Shown here: piece by piece, positions 1 to 11,400 of the stretch
Numbering within the stretch: position 1 is the stretch's first letter
How the letters are laid out: each line of letters opens with the position of its first letter
Origin: Orbicella franksi
Taxonomy: Eukaryota
Length of the DNA stretch: 64,000 nt
NCBI GenBank assembly: GCA_964199315.1
Contig: OZ116701.1
Coordinates: 33,294,001-33,358,000 of the forward strand
Direction: 5' to 3'
Program-made: the position numbers and the translations under genes
Notes under the pieces: model-generated
What the model saw: the letters and a program-made list of their open reading frames with translations, nothing else
The model's database searches: none
What the model was told of the DNA's origin: nothing

Positions 1-130
1 GGCAACTGTGTCAGCCGCAACAGTCATAAATAGGGTAGGGAAAATCGCACATTTTGGTCATAAATAAGGTAAGGGTTTTGGGAAGCAGGCCCCACATCCC
101 CACCAAATGTTTCTGGGAGTACCCCCCAGG
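1..130. mobile_element. One end of a non-autonomous DNA element (MITE-like), cut by the window edge
   Basis: Internal repeat (cataaatagggtaggg / cataaataaggtaaggg) ending in ggagtaccccccagggg. The same kind of C/G-tract terminus occurs on elements at 13085-13490, 50755-51003 and 52700-53050. Family assignment is from recall of coral repeats, not a search. Confidence 0.5.
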
Positions 131-378
131 GGTTCAACGCATGGAAAGTGCACCAAATTCTTCAGTAAGATCATCGATTTCTTTCGGATTGAAGCTTTCC
201 TGATTAGCCCTGTTTTTTATTTAACTTTGGTTTTGCTTCGCATTCGATCAGCGTTTTTTGTCAATGGTAAGGGCATGGAAAAACATTATTTTATTTATTT
301 TTTTCTGGGTAGCCTAATTTTCGCTCAGAAATCACTGATTATACATTTGTATTTTTGGCGACAACGCTAAAGCTAAGC
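131..378 (+). repeat. Repeat block A, direct copy at about 14171-14430
   Basis: ggttcaacgcatggaaagtgcaccaaattcttcagt... aligns co-linearly with ggtttcaatgcatggaaaatgtaccaaattcttcagt... at 14171. Confidence 0.8.
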
Positions 379-399
379 ACTGATCTCTTTTTATTTATA

Positions 400-630
400 T
401 CATTTTCTCCGCATGAGCCTCCATTGCCAGCTAGTCCCAACCCAATACCGAGAATCAGATTTTGGTTTTATGAAAGCACCAGCACACGATATAGACAATT
501 AGCTTTACCTCATAACTCCGAAATAAATTAAACACAATTTTGTTCGTAAGCGTGACGATGTTAATTAATTTCTTTATTTGCCCCCATCGAGGGGGAAAAA
601 TCAATTAAGTGTTATTGACAAAAATAAAGT
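400..630 (+). repeat. Repeat block B, three direct copies (about 400-630, 7835-8000, 13950-14130) flanking the two gene copies
   Basis: The motif ttt(t)cccgcatgagcct(c/t)cattgc(c/a)agcta...cacgatatagacaatta / gtgaca(g/a)tg recurs at all three places. Confidence 0.75.
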
Positions 631-1080
631 TTTTTTCATAATAACAGCGTAAAAGTGTTCCCATCATCTACAAACACTCCTTTTTCTTTTTTGACCTTAA
701 GCAATCCTACTGCTTTTGAATTTGAGGAAAATTTCTTTTATTTAGTTTAGTCCAAGAAGATTTGTAAAATATTTGTCTGAAAGCGTTTTCAACTACGGTT
801 ATTATTTACCTGCCGTTAACTGTAAGGTACATAACACTTCTCAAATTTTTATTTTATCATATATTTCTAACTGTCTTTTCTCTGTTCAAATGCTGCTAAT
901 TGCAGTAAGAAAATTTCAATACACACTATTTACTGCTGGTTCATCCGTTGTTACTACTGAGATTACGAGTGTTCTATGTCCGTCACTAACTTATTTAATA
1001 ACCGAGGAATAAATAACCTAAGGGCAATTTAAAGAGTTTTTCTGATCATACTTGAAAAATTCTGTTGGCTTTTTCCCGAG

Positions 1081-1180
1081 CAGCTGTGACGTCAAGTCAT
1101 TTACTTCACGCCTGACCTTAACACTCCTATATCCTTCCTCTTAAGAGCCATTCAAGTCTCCCAGTCTGAGTTGTGTCTGA
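1081..1180 (-). pseudogene. 3'-terminal coding stub of a third collagen-Ig-FBG paralog
   Basis: cagctgtgacgtcaagtcatttacttcacgcctgacc...aagtctcccagtctgagttgtgtc matches 1416-1528 (last codons and stop region of copy 1) with an internal deletion. It is followed on the minus strand by its own 3'UTR-like block (about 780-1080), which resembles 8110-8420. Confidence 0.75.
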
Positions 1181-2849
1181 GAGATTTAGTGTAAATGTTA
1201 CCTACCACTGGTTCTAAGGCACCTGGCATGCACTCAAGTTTTGCTATATCCAGTAATTTTATCCCGTATTCTTTGTTTAACAACTGCTACACGGAGTTAA
1301 AGATTAAAATACACATTTTTTTTTAATTTCTGGTTCATCAGTTACCGAGATTACTCTGTTTTGTGCCAACCACTCAATCAATGAGTTCTTGTACTTGCTG
1401 AGTTCTGTGGTTTGCAGCTGCGATGTCAAGTCATTTACTTCACGTCTGACCATAACACTTGAGTTTTCCAAATGTGTAATATCCTTCTTCGTTTGAGCCA
1501 TCAAAGTCTCCCAGTCTGATTTGTGTCACAGGCAGAGCAGACTTATCTGTCAATAAACCGCTGTCCTCATACCAACCACTACCAATGTTATCACAATTAC
1601 ACTTTGTACCACCAGTACAAGAGTTTGTTACTCCGCATGCGCACATCCTGTCATGACCTGTAGCTCCTCCCCAGTGGTCCATCTGTGTTCCATCACGTGA
1701 CACCCACCAAGCATAACTTGACTCAATAAACATTATTTCATTATTGCACTCAAACTTGATAAACTGTTCGCAGTTCTGGGAGACTTGTGTGAGTGCTGCT
1801 AGCTGAGCGGTGCTGACTCCAGTGTATCGCACATCTTTACTGTAACATCCTCGACCACTACATCCATAAGGACCAACATGTGTGCTACTCTCACTGTCGT
1901 GATTGATAACCGTCATGCCAACTCCGTCCTTATTACTCATGTCACAGTAGACACTGAAGGGAGTCACGCCTCCGTTGCCATCAGGGTCAATCACATAATT
2001 ACCTGAAGGTATTTCCTTATTGCTTGATTTTATTTCACTGCACGAGATTGGCTTACGAACCTCTAGAGAAGTGCTTGCTTTAACGGAACGATGGAAATTT
2101 CTCGCTATGCAGGTATAGGATCCAGCGTAATTTGGTGAAATGTTCTTAAGAAGCAGAGATCCGTTTGGATAAAGGATACGATTGGTTGGAAGACTTTGGC
2201 CTACACGTTGCCAAACAATTTCTCGTGTTCCTTGCGCGGAGCAGGGAAGTAACACATCTCCAGAGGTTAATCCTAAGGATGTACGAGGAGGAAGTAAAGT
2301 AAACTTGAGGGCCTCAAGCACAATGACTTGTAATAAAGCTGAATCCTGATTGAGAAGATTCTTTGCCAAACATATATAATCTCCTCCTTGACTTTTCGTC
2401 ACTTTTACCAGGCTGAGTTTTCCTCCCTCGACATTGGTTATTGTCTTTTTTGGTGTGTTGTGATATAGAAGAGCCAACTTTCTCCACGTGACCGTTGGTG
2501 TCGGCTGACCAGTAGCTTGGCAGACCAGGCTCACGTTCCGTCCTTCCTCAACGATGACAGAGGAGGGCTTAAGGGAAATCAAGGCGCCAACTAGATAACA
2601 ACAGAAAAAGTGTCAAGCATGAGGTATAAGTGGAGAGAAAAATTACATCATAGACTAATAGCGATGCAGTGAATGGACCTTTGGCATATTAGTCTTCAGT
2701 TGAATTACATTATGGTTTCAATACAAGTTCATGTTGGGCATATGTGTCTTCGTCTAGATTTCTAGTTGCTTTTGAAATCAAAACTTTCTCTGGTAACGTT
2801 AAAAAGAAATAAAGCATGAGCTCTAGGTTAGTAGTCTGTAGCCTTTTAT

Positions 2850-3140
2850 TTATACATTCACGCACACCAGCATCGTTTATAAAATAACTGAGCTGCTACG
2901 CGCGCTCTCATTGGTCGATAGGTGTGTTTAGATAAGAGTGTGTAAACACGGTTGTGACGTTTTTATAGATTGGCGCGTATTTGAGAATTATTTTATAAAA
3001 GACATAGAACCCTTTTTCCATGTTTACATAGCCTCAACTAAACACTTGGGGGATTGGGAGAATTCTCGAAAGTTATGCAAACCCGAGACGAGGCTTTCTC
3101 GAGTTCTCCCAGCTCTTCTCGTAAAATGTTAAACTCCTGG
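2850..3140. repeat. Interspersed repeat in intron 2, shared by both gene copies (second copy about 9850-10140)
   Basis: Near-identical sequence in both introns (ataaaataactgagctgctacgcgcgctctcattggtcgatagg...), with gggagaattctcga / ctcgagttctccc inverted motifs. Resembles common coral repeats. Confidence 0.6.
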
Positions 3141-4208
3141 TTTAGCCTAAGAAAGTCTTAACTTAAAATGTAACAATATACTGTTTTGTATACCATTTTT
3201 GACAGAGAACATAAGGTGTACCACTTTCTCATACGTGCGATAGGCACACTTTATCCCTTTCCTATACCCTTGCATTGCGTAGCCCCTTTAAATCCCCCTG
3301 GTGACTTTGCAACTGACGTTACATGCGTTTATTTGGTGCAAATTGAAAGGGCCTCCTTGGTAATACCGAAATAGTTTTTCCCTCCCTTCTCTAAACCATT
3401 GGGCTGGTAAAATCTCTACCCTTTTATATATCTCCAGTCTTTTAAGACGGAGCCTGGCCAGTTGTAATAGTACCCGCCTTCCTTTCGGCGAATTTCTAAA
3501 CTTCGCTTGTAAATTTCTTATATAACAGGGTAATTTTTTTTATTTCACCTTGAACAGTTAAAGTGGCCGATGAGGTCATTTCTCCAAGAATATTTCATGC
3601 TACACAAGAGTACATTCCTTCATCTTGTGACTTCACATCAGTTATCATCAGTCCACCACGTGACGACACAACTCGTTTATCCGCGGCAAGACTGGAATTC
3701 TGTTTCAGCCATGTGACTTTAGGTTGTGGGTTTCCTTCAGCTTCACACTGAAACGAGGCTGTACCGGATTCATTTACCATCATGGACATCGGAGGTGCCA
3801 CAATTGAAGGGGCTGAGATAGATTTGCCTGAATCGCCCTTAGGTCCCTGAGGGCCTTCCGGTCCTGGAGGTCCCTGGATTCCTTGGGGTCCTTGATTTCC
3901 TTTAGTTCCCTGAGGTCCAGAAGGTCCGGGTGGTCCATGTTTACCTGGAGAGCCTCTGGGACCAGGCCTGCCTCGTCTTCCCCTGATGCCTTTGGGTCAA
4001 TGCACTGTACATGCATGGTTACTTAGAGCAAGTTGCACTAGTTTTGTAATGTCGGCACGATCAATGATTTCGCTGCCGTTGGGTTTCTTGTTTCCAGTTT
4101 CCACGTGCCGTTTGTAACGAATGTGCAACTCTGCAAGAAACACAGCAGGAACATTTTACTTAGATATAATTTTCAAAAGGCTCTTAAAAGTGTCAAATAT
4201 TCGCTGGT

Positions 4209-4246
4209 AATCTGAACGTTTCGGGCTTAGCCCTTCTTCAGTAGGT
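4209..4246 (-). ncRNA. Degenerate Penelope-type hammerhead ribozyme motif in intron 1 (second copy at 11219-11255)
   Basis: Minus strand reads CTGAAGA-A-GGGC-TAA-GCCC-GAAACGTT: core boxes, a perfect 4-bp stem II and a palindromic ACGT stem III. Stem I is mismatched. Confidence 0.55.
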
Positions 4247-4529
4247 AAAATGATTGAGCCGCGCCATACAAAAAACTGTACGTGTACGCACGCACGGAAA
4301 CCGCGCGCACCAAGTACAAAGTAAAAAAAGGCGCGCTGCGAAATGTTTATTTCTTCACTGTTCAGATTTTTGAACACTTCCAATAAAAAGATTACAATAT
4401 TCCACCGCTTTTTCCAACAAATGTTTTGTCTTTTTGACGGAAACAGAGAGATTTCAACTTGCTATTCCCCTTGCCTGGAAAGTAAACATGTACATTGCTC
4501 CTTGTCGCTTTCGCGCTGCCAACCGACCG

Positions 4530-4652
4530 ACTAGCTTTTGAGTCCTAACGATGTATTTTTAATAATTTTAGATTTTAGTTTTTAGGTATATATTTTATGG
4601 CAGGTCCACACCAGCCCTCTGGGTTGCCAGACACAGACCTGCCTCATCAAAA

Positions 4653-4685
<33 letters not shown>

Positions 4686-4688
4686 TGT
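4530..4688 (+). mobile_element. 5'-truncated retroposon 3' end with (TATG)n tail, copy 1 intron only
   Basis: Absent at the matching site in copy 2 (accgaccgcatgaatt, about 11531-11546). Ends in about 8 TATG units at 4656-4688. Confidence 0.65.
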
Positions 4689-4711
4689 ACCGCATGAATT
4701 TCCGGAAAAAT

Positions 4712-4827
4712 TAACCTGCGATCAGGCGTTCTTTTTTCCCCTTCGCCCGCTCGCCACAAAACAAAAAAACAAACAAACACACAAACAACAACAAACAAAT
4801 AAATAAAGGACGCCTGATCGCAGGTTA
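4712..4827. mobile_element. MITE with 18-bp TIRs (second copy at 11558-11670)
   Basis: taacctgcgatcaggcgt at 4712-4729 and acgcctgatcgcaggtta at 4810-4827 are exact reverse complements around an A-rich interior. Confidence 0.85.
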
Positions 4828-5504
4828 GTATAATTATACGTAAATGTATTCAAGACTCCCAATTACATCGTCTGTTTTGAGCTGCGTCAAACACGAAATT
4901 TGGCGTTTAAAAACCGGTACGGCATCTAAGGGTGATTACCTCGTACGATCGATAGAAAGGTAATTATAAATTAACTTTCATATATAGTAAACAAGTTTAC
5001 CTAAATGGTACAAAATGCTGCTGAAGGGAAGGAGGATGTGAAATGTTAGTATGATGTTGAACGCTCTAACTTTCACAGTCTCTCAGAAAGGTCACTGAAA
5101 AATACCTCAGCCAGTCTGTTCTTGAAAAGCAGGAACAATTTCGTCGTAATTTCGCTGATCTCTCCACAGTCTTCTGTAGGCTAACCTCACGTGTCAAGCA
5201 AAAATGTTTCTTAAAATACATACACTGTTTTTAATGATTTTCTCGTATCAAAATATTTGACGAAACATTATAACATAATGAGCTCAAGCCTTCTAAGATA
5301 CGCCTTCAGACAACACGGCACGAGTTCCCGTAATGTTTAGTTTAGCCGATCGGAAGTTACACGATTTATTGATGCTGAATCATTTTTCTTATCTTTTTCT
5401 GGTGGACGTACATTCCTTCTTTTCGGTGTTTTGAGGGAAAGGGAGGAGCATATGGTTTATATGCAATATGGTAATTTTTTGACCAGTTGTCACAAACTTG
5501 GCAT

Positions 5505-6650
5505 TATTTCATACTTACTGAGATTTTCGCATAGAATCGATCGCGTGAAAAACTCATGCGGAAATTTCTTCATCCAATCACAATCGCGAGATGACTTTCT
5601 CACACGTGGGAAAAGCGTTTCATCCAATCAGAAATCAGCTATCAAAATGAATCGGACAGTTCACAACGCGCTCACGTTGTTGTTGGCGCCTCGTCAATCT
5701 TCATTCACGGAAGTTCTGTAGAGTTTCCACAAGTTTACTCCAGTTTTCTCGCAAATTAGCTTTATAAACCACAGACAATGGCGGAAAGTTCGAACAGGTT
5801 TATCGCTTTAAATAAACCCATTAAAAAGTACATCCGGGAACAGTAGAACAAAAGGACTCAAGCAAAAACCCGACGAGACGTTAAAGTTAGCTTGCTTAGA
5901 GAATTCCTCAAACAAAAGGAAGAGGCAAGAAAAGTTTAAAAAAAAGCAAATATGCCGTAAGCATTATCGACGACAAAGAGTTTTAACAAGCAAGGAAATG
6001 TCTGGAAGCTTGAAGCAAGCGACTTAAAAAAAGGCAAGGCAAGGGAAACAAATCAAACGCAGCTGAAGCGTTGACTGATGACCAGGTTAACATTCTGTAC
6101 GAAAAATATTTACACTAGGTTTTTGAAGAAGCGACAAAGTGCTTGCACTCAGACGGAATAAAAAAATAACTTGACATTTGCTCTGCCGAATGAAGGGTGA
6201 AAATCTCAGTAAGTATAAAATAAACAAATGACAGCATGGAAGGTGCTTTGTACGGTATTTACGCACTCGTTGTTTTTGTATCAGAAAGGTAAGGTAAGGT
6301 AAAGTCTGCATGCGAGCCAAGTGGCCCATCAGGCCGGAGCTTATCCCGGTTTCTGTAGCATGAAGCGACTAGGAGTATTTCTATTCCTCCCTGGATGGGA
6401 TGCTAGTCCATCGCAGGGTTACCCCCAGCATTAAGTTCGCCGGTACTCATTTATACACCTGGGTGGAGAGAGGCACTGTGAGAGTAAAGTGTCTTGCCCA
6501 AGAACAAAACACAATGTCCCCGGCCAGGACTTGAACCCGGACCGCACGTTCCGGAGACGAGCGCACTAACCATGAGGCCACCGCACCTCCCGTATCAGAA
6601 AACTCGTGCGTAAATACCGTACGCGCGCACTTTCCATGAAGTAAGCTATA
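5505..6650 (+). mobile_element. Decayed, internally deleted Crypton-like (DUF3504 tyrosine recombinase) element, copy 1 intron 1 only
   Basis: About 1.15 kb absent from copy 2. From ATG 5778 it reads MAESSNRFIALNKPIKKYIREQ*NKRTQAKTRRDVKVSLLREFLKQKEEARKV*, and from about 5948 KYAVSIIDDKEF*QARKCLEA*SKRLKKRQGKGNKSNAAEALTDDQVNILYEK. Both resemble CryptonA/DUF3504 proteins (recall, not a search). Confidence 0.65.
6288..6591 (-). mobile_element. Full-length tRNA-derived SINE with 10-bp target site duplication
   Basis: Minus-strand head GGGAGGTGCGGTGGCCTCATGGTTAG (A box) ...GGGTTCAAGTCC (B box). Central cttgggcaagacactttactctcacagtgcctctctccacccagg domain and (TTACC)n tail. TSD gtatcagaaa at 6278-6287 and 6592-6601. 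Confidence 0.9.
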
Positions 6651-8442
6651 TTTTTAATATCGTGCACACGTTCTGAATGGACATCAGATGTCGATTGGGT
6701 TGATCATGTTTCAACTTTTTTCGTTTTAGCTGTCGCTTCTTCAGGGCAAACGAATTTCCTCGTTTAACTGTTTCTCAATGATTTTAGTACTCACCTTTGT
6801 TAGACTCACTGTGTGACATTTTCATCACGGATTCTTTGTCTTCGAGTGTTGTGTTTCGGTGCCCAAGCTTTTCTTCTTTTTTTTGATTCAAGACTTGAAG
6901 CATTTGTCGATGAACGTGAAGTTCCACCTCCACGTGAATCAATCCCGAAAGACAAATCACAGACCGAAATATCGATGAAAAGGCCACTGTGCTCGAGACT
7001 GGGTGAGTCTTTGTTTTCTGCATAATTCCGTCCTTCGAGGCTTTCAGAATTACCCAGTGGATGAAGGTATCTGATATACAGAAAGTGAGACTTGCGCCTT
7101 CAAGATCAAAGGTAGACAAAAACACGATGGCTTTTATGACACTGGGGCTAATCCTTGTCTGACCTTAAGTTCCGGTTTCAGCTTACGGCATTGGATCAGT
7201 TTCAATTTTAATTTTTATGGTAATGTTTGATTTTTATATTTTGGATGGCGTGTCGGGTGGGCGAGGAAGAGGTATTACGACATATGGAATCGTTCAGGTT
7301 TTTGTTGTGAAAATACAATGTAGAAATGTAGATATTTCTTAGTGGCCTAATTTTGGTTATGATTTTTATTACGCAGAAAATCCCGAGAAATTAAAAGCAC
7401 TCTCTGCACAGAGAAAAGGGCTTATATATTGTCATCTTTAAATTTTGATGTGTGACGAGGAAATGGTTCATAATTCTTGCGCGAATTACTTCAACAACAG
7501 CGATGGAATACAGGATTTTCTCTCAATAGAGAGACTTGTTTGTAAATTTTATCTGTTTTGTATCATTCCCACTTAGCGATCTTTCTTCTCTTACGAGCGC
7601 TCGGCGTGTTTGAAGGAAGAAAGTACTAACCTGCTAAAGATAGCCCCTGTACAATTATAACTTTTGTGCTTTTGAAAAACTTTATTTCGCGCCATGTTTG
7701 AGCCCGTGTGGTGAAATGCAAATAATTGTTTAACAAAAGGCCATATACGTATTCTCGGTATTGGACTGGAGCTAGCTTGCGACTGAGGCTAACAGGGGAG
7801 TCTTTTAAATGCAAATGATATTCTCTTTTTAGTGATATTTTCCCGCATGAGCCTTCATTGCAAGCTATCTAGTTCCCACATTAATCTGAAATAACCTTTG
7901 GTCGCAAACGTGACAGTGCTGACAAATATCTTTTTGACCCTAGTGCATTGTGGGGGCCTATAATGACTGAGTGCAATTGGCAAGCATAAAGATTTTTTTT
8001 CATGATAACATCGATCACACAGAAGTGTTCCCATCATCCACAAACGGTCCAATTTCTTCTCTAACCTTACTTTGGAATTTGCAGAAAAATTCTTTTATTT
8101 AGTTTAGAGATTTGTAAAATGTTTGTCTGAAAGCGTTTTTAACTACGATTGACTTTTTTTTCTGCCATTAATTCTAAGATACATGCCACTCAAGTTTTTG
8201 TTATATCAGGTATTTCTAACGGTCTATTTTCTGCTCAAATGCTGCTTATTGGAGTAAAAAGTTTTCAATACAAGCTATTTACTTTTGGTTCATCAGTTGT
8301 TACTGCTGAGATTACGTTTGTCAGTCACCAAAGTATATAATAACTGAGGAATACATGACCAAAAGGCAATCCGATAATTTCTAATCATACTTGCAGAATT
8401 CTGTTAGCTTTATATAGCAGCTGTGAAGTCAAGTAATTAACT

Positions 8443-11400
8443 TCATGCCTGACCATAACACTTGAGTTTTCCTAATGTATGATATCCTTCTTCGTGTGAA
8501 TCATTCAAGTCTCCCAGTCTGATTTGTGTCACAGGCAGAGTAGACTTGTCCGTCAACAGACCGCTGTCCTCATACCAACCAGTACCGCTGTTATCACAGT
8601 TACACTTCTTGCCACCGGAACAAGAGTTTGTTACTCCGCATGCGCACATCTTGTCATGACCCGTAGCTCCTCCCCAGTAGTTCATCCTTGTTCCATCACG
8701 TGACACCCACCAAGCAAAACTCAACTCAATAAACGCTACATCATTATTACACTCAAACTTGATAAACTGTTCACAGTTCTGTGAGACTTGTGTGAGTGCT
8801 GCTAGCTGAGGGGTGCTGACTCCAGTGTATCGCACATCTTTACTGTAACATCCTTGGCTACCACATCCATTAGGACCAACATGGGTTCTACTCTCACTGT
8901 CGTGGCTGATGACCGTCACGCCAACTCCGCCCTTGTCACTCATGTCACAGTACACACTGAAGGGAGTCACGCCTCCGTTGCCATCAGGGTCAATCATATA
9001 ATTACCTGAAGGTATTTCCTTATTGCTTGATTTTATTTCACTGCACGAGATTGGCTTACGAACCTCTAGAGAAGTGCTTGCTTTAATGGAACGATGGAAA
9101 TTTCTCGCTATGCAGGTATAGGATCCAGCGTAATTTGGTGAAATGTTCTTAAGAAGCAGAGATCCGTTTGGATAAAGGATGCGATTGGTTGGAAGACTTT
9201 GGCCTGCACGTTGCCAAATAATTTCTCGTGCTCCTTGCGCTGAACAAGGAAGTAACGCATCTCTAGAGGTTAATCCTAAGGATGTACGAGGAGGAAGTAA
9301 AGTAAACTTGAGGGCCTCAAGCACAATGACTTGTACTAAAGCTGAATCCTGATTGAGAAGATTCTTTGCCAAGCATATATAATCTCCTCCTTGACTTTTC
9401 GTCACTTTCATCAGGCTGAGTTTTCCTCCCTCGACATTGGTTAATGTCTTTTTAGGTGTGTCATAGTTATATAGAAGAGACAGCTTACTCCACGTGACCG
9501 TTGGTGTTGGCTGACCAGTAGCTTGGCAGACCAGGCTTACGTTCTGTCCTTCTTCAACGATGACAGAGGAGGGCTTGCGGGAAATCAAGGCGCCAACTAG
9601 ATAACAACGGAAAAAGTGTGAACCATGAAGCATAACTGGAAAGAAACATTAAAATAGACTAATAGCGACGCAGTAAATGGACCTTTGGCATGTTAGTTTT
9701 CAGTTGAATTACATTATGTTTTCAATACAAGTTCATGTTGGGCATATGTATCTTCGTTTAGATTTCTAGTTGCTTTTGAAATCAAAGCTTTCTCCGGTTA
9801 TATTAAAAAGAAATAAACCATGAGCTTTAGACTAGTAGTCCGTAGCCTTTTATTCATACATTCACGCACACCAGCATCGTTTATAAAATAACTGAGCTGC
9901 TACGCGCGCTCTCATTGGTCGATAGGTGTGTTTAGATAAGAGTGTGTAAACACGGTTGTGACGTTTTTATAGATTCGCGCGTATTTGAGAATTATTTTAT
10001 AAAAGAAATAGAACCCTTTTTCCATGTTTACATAGCCTCAACTAAACACTTGGGGGATTGGGAGAATTCTCGAAAGTTATGCAAACCCGAGACGAGGCTT
10101 TCTCGAGTTCTCCCAGCCCTTCTCGTAAAATGTTAAACTCCTGGTTTAGCCTAAGAAAGTCTTAACTTAAAATGTAACAATATACTGTTTTGTATACCAT
10201 TTTTGACAGAGAACATAAGGTGTACCACTTTCTCATACGTGCGATAGGCACACTTTATCCCTTTCCTATACCCTTGCATTGCGTAGCCCCTTTAAATACC
10301 TTTGCAATTGATGACTTTGCAACTGACGTTACACGCATTTGTTTGGTGCAAATTGAAAGGGCCTCCTTGGTAATACCGAAATAGTTTTTCCTTCCCTTCT
10401 CTAAACCATTGGGCTGGTAAAATCTCTACCCTTTTATATATCTCCAGTCTTTTAAGACGGAGCCTGGCCAGTTGTAATAGTACCCGCCTTCCTTTCGGCG
10501 AATTCTAAACTTCGCATGTAAATTTCTTATATAACAGGGTAATTTTTTTTATTTCACCTTGAACAGTTAAAGTGGCCGATGAGGTCATTTCTCCAAGAAT
10601 ATTTCTTGCTACACAAGTGTACATTCCTTTATCTTGTGACGTCACATCTGTTATCATCAGTCCACCACGTGACGACACAACTCGTTTATCCGCGGCAAGA
10701 CTGGAATTCTGTTTCAGCCATGTGACTTTAGGTTGTGGGTTTCCTTCAGCTTCACACTGAAACGAGGCTGTACCGGATTCATTTACCATCATGGACATCG
10801 GAGGTGCCACAATTGAAGGGGCTGAGATAGATTTGCCTGGATTGCCCTTAGGTCCCTGAGGGCCTTCCGGTCCTGGAGGTCCCTGGATTCCTTGGGGTCC
10901 TTGATTCCCTTTAGTTCCCTGGGTTCCCGCAGGTCCGGGAGGTCCGTGTTTACCTGGAGAGCCTCTGGGACCAGGCCTGCCTCGTCTTCCCCTGATGCTT
11001 TTGGGGCAATGAACTGTACATGCATGGTTACTCAGAGCAAGTTGTACTATTTTTGTAATGTCGGCACGATCGATGATTTCGCTGCCGTTGGGTTTCTTGT
11101 TTCCAGTTTCCACGTGCCGTTTGTAACGAATGTGCAACTCTGCAACAAACATAGAATAAACATTTTACATAGATATAAGTTTCAAAAGGCTCTTAAAAGT
11201 GTCAAATATTCGCTGGTAATCTGAACGTTTCGGGCTTAGCCCTTCTTCAGTAGGTACAATGATTGAGCCGCGCCATACAAAAAACTGTACGCGTACGCAC
11301 ACACGGAAACCGCGCGCACCAAGTACAAAGTAAAAAAAGGCGCGCTGCGAAATGTTTATTCCTTCACTGTTCAGATTTTTGAACACTTCCAATAAAAAGA

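Larger units (their letters stand above)
1440..7023 (-). pseudogene. Copy 1 of the collagen-3xIg-fibrinogen(Caspr)-like type II membrane protein gene, with two nonsense codons
   Basis: Exons 7023-6795, 4130-3549 and 2590-1440, all GT-AG and phase 1, total 1962 nt in frame. In-frame TGA at 3999-3997 (TGC Cys in copy 2) and at 3597-3595 (AGA Arg in copy 2). Confidence 0.85.

Noticed and set aside
3595-3999. Selenocysteine recoding of the Cys-to-TGA codon in copy 1
   Set aside because: A second TGA replaces Arg, the Cys is a structural extracellular one, and I saw no SECIS-like hairpin. Nonsense mutation is simpler.
3780-4016. ORF-track entries 3780-4016, 10789-11025, 3563-3751 and 10572-10760
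   Set aside because: Shifted-frame or antisense shadows of the collagen/Ig exon.
6500-6591. tRNA gene
   Set aside because: A and B boxes are present, but the sequence continues into a SINE body and tail with a TSD and has no full cloverleaf.
6700-6750. Other CTGANGA...GAAA matches (about 6738, 9409, 38467, 51229, 53712)
   Set aside because: No pairing stem II or stem I, or the match lies in coding sequence. Only 39330-39374 and the 4209/11219 pair fold as hammerheads.
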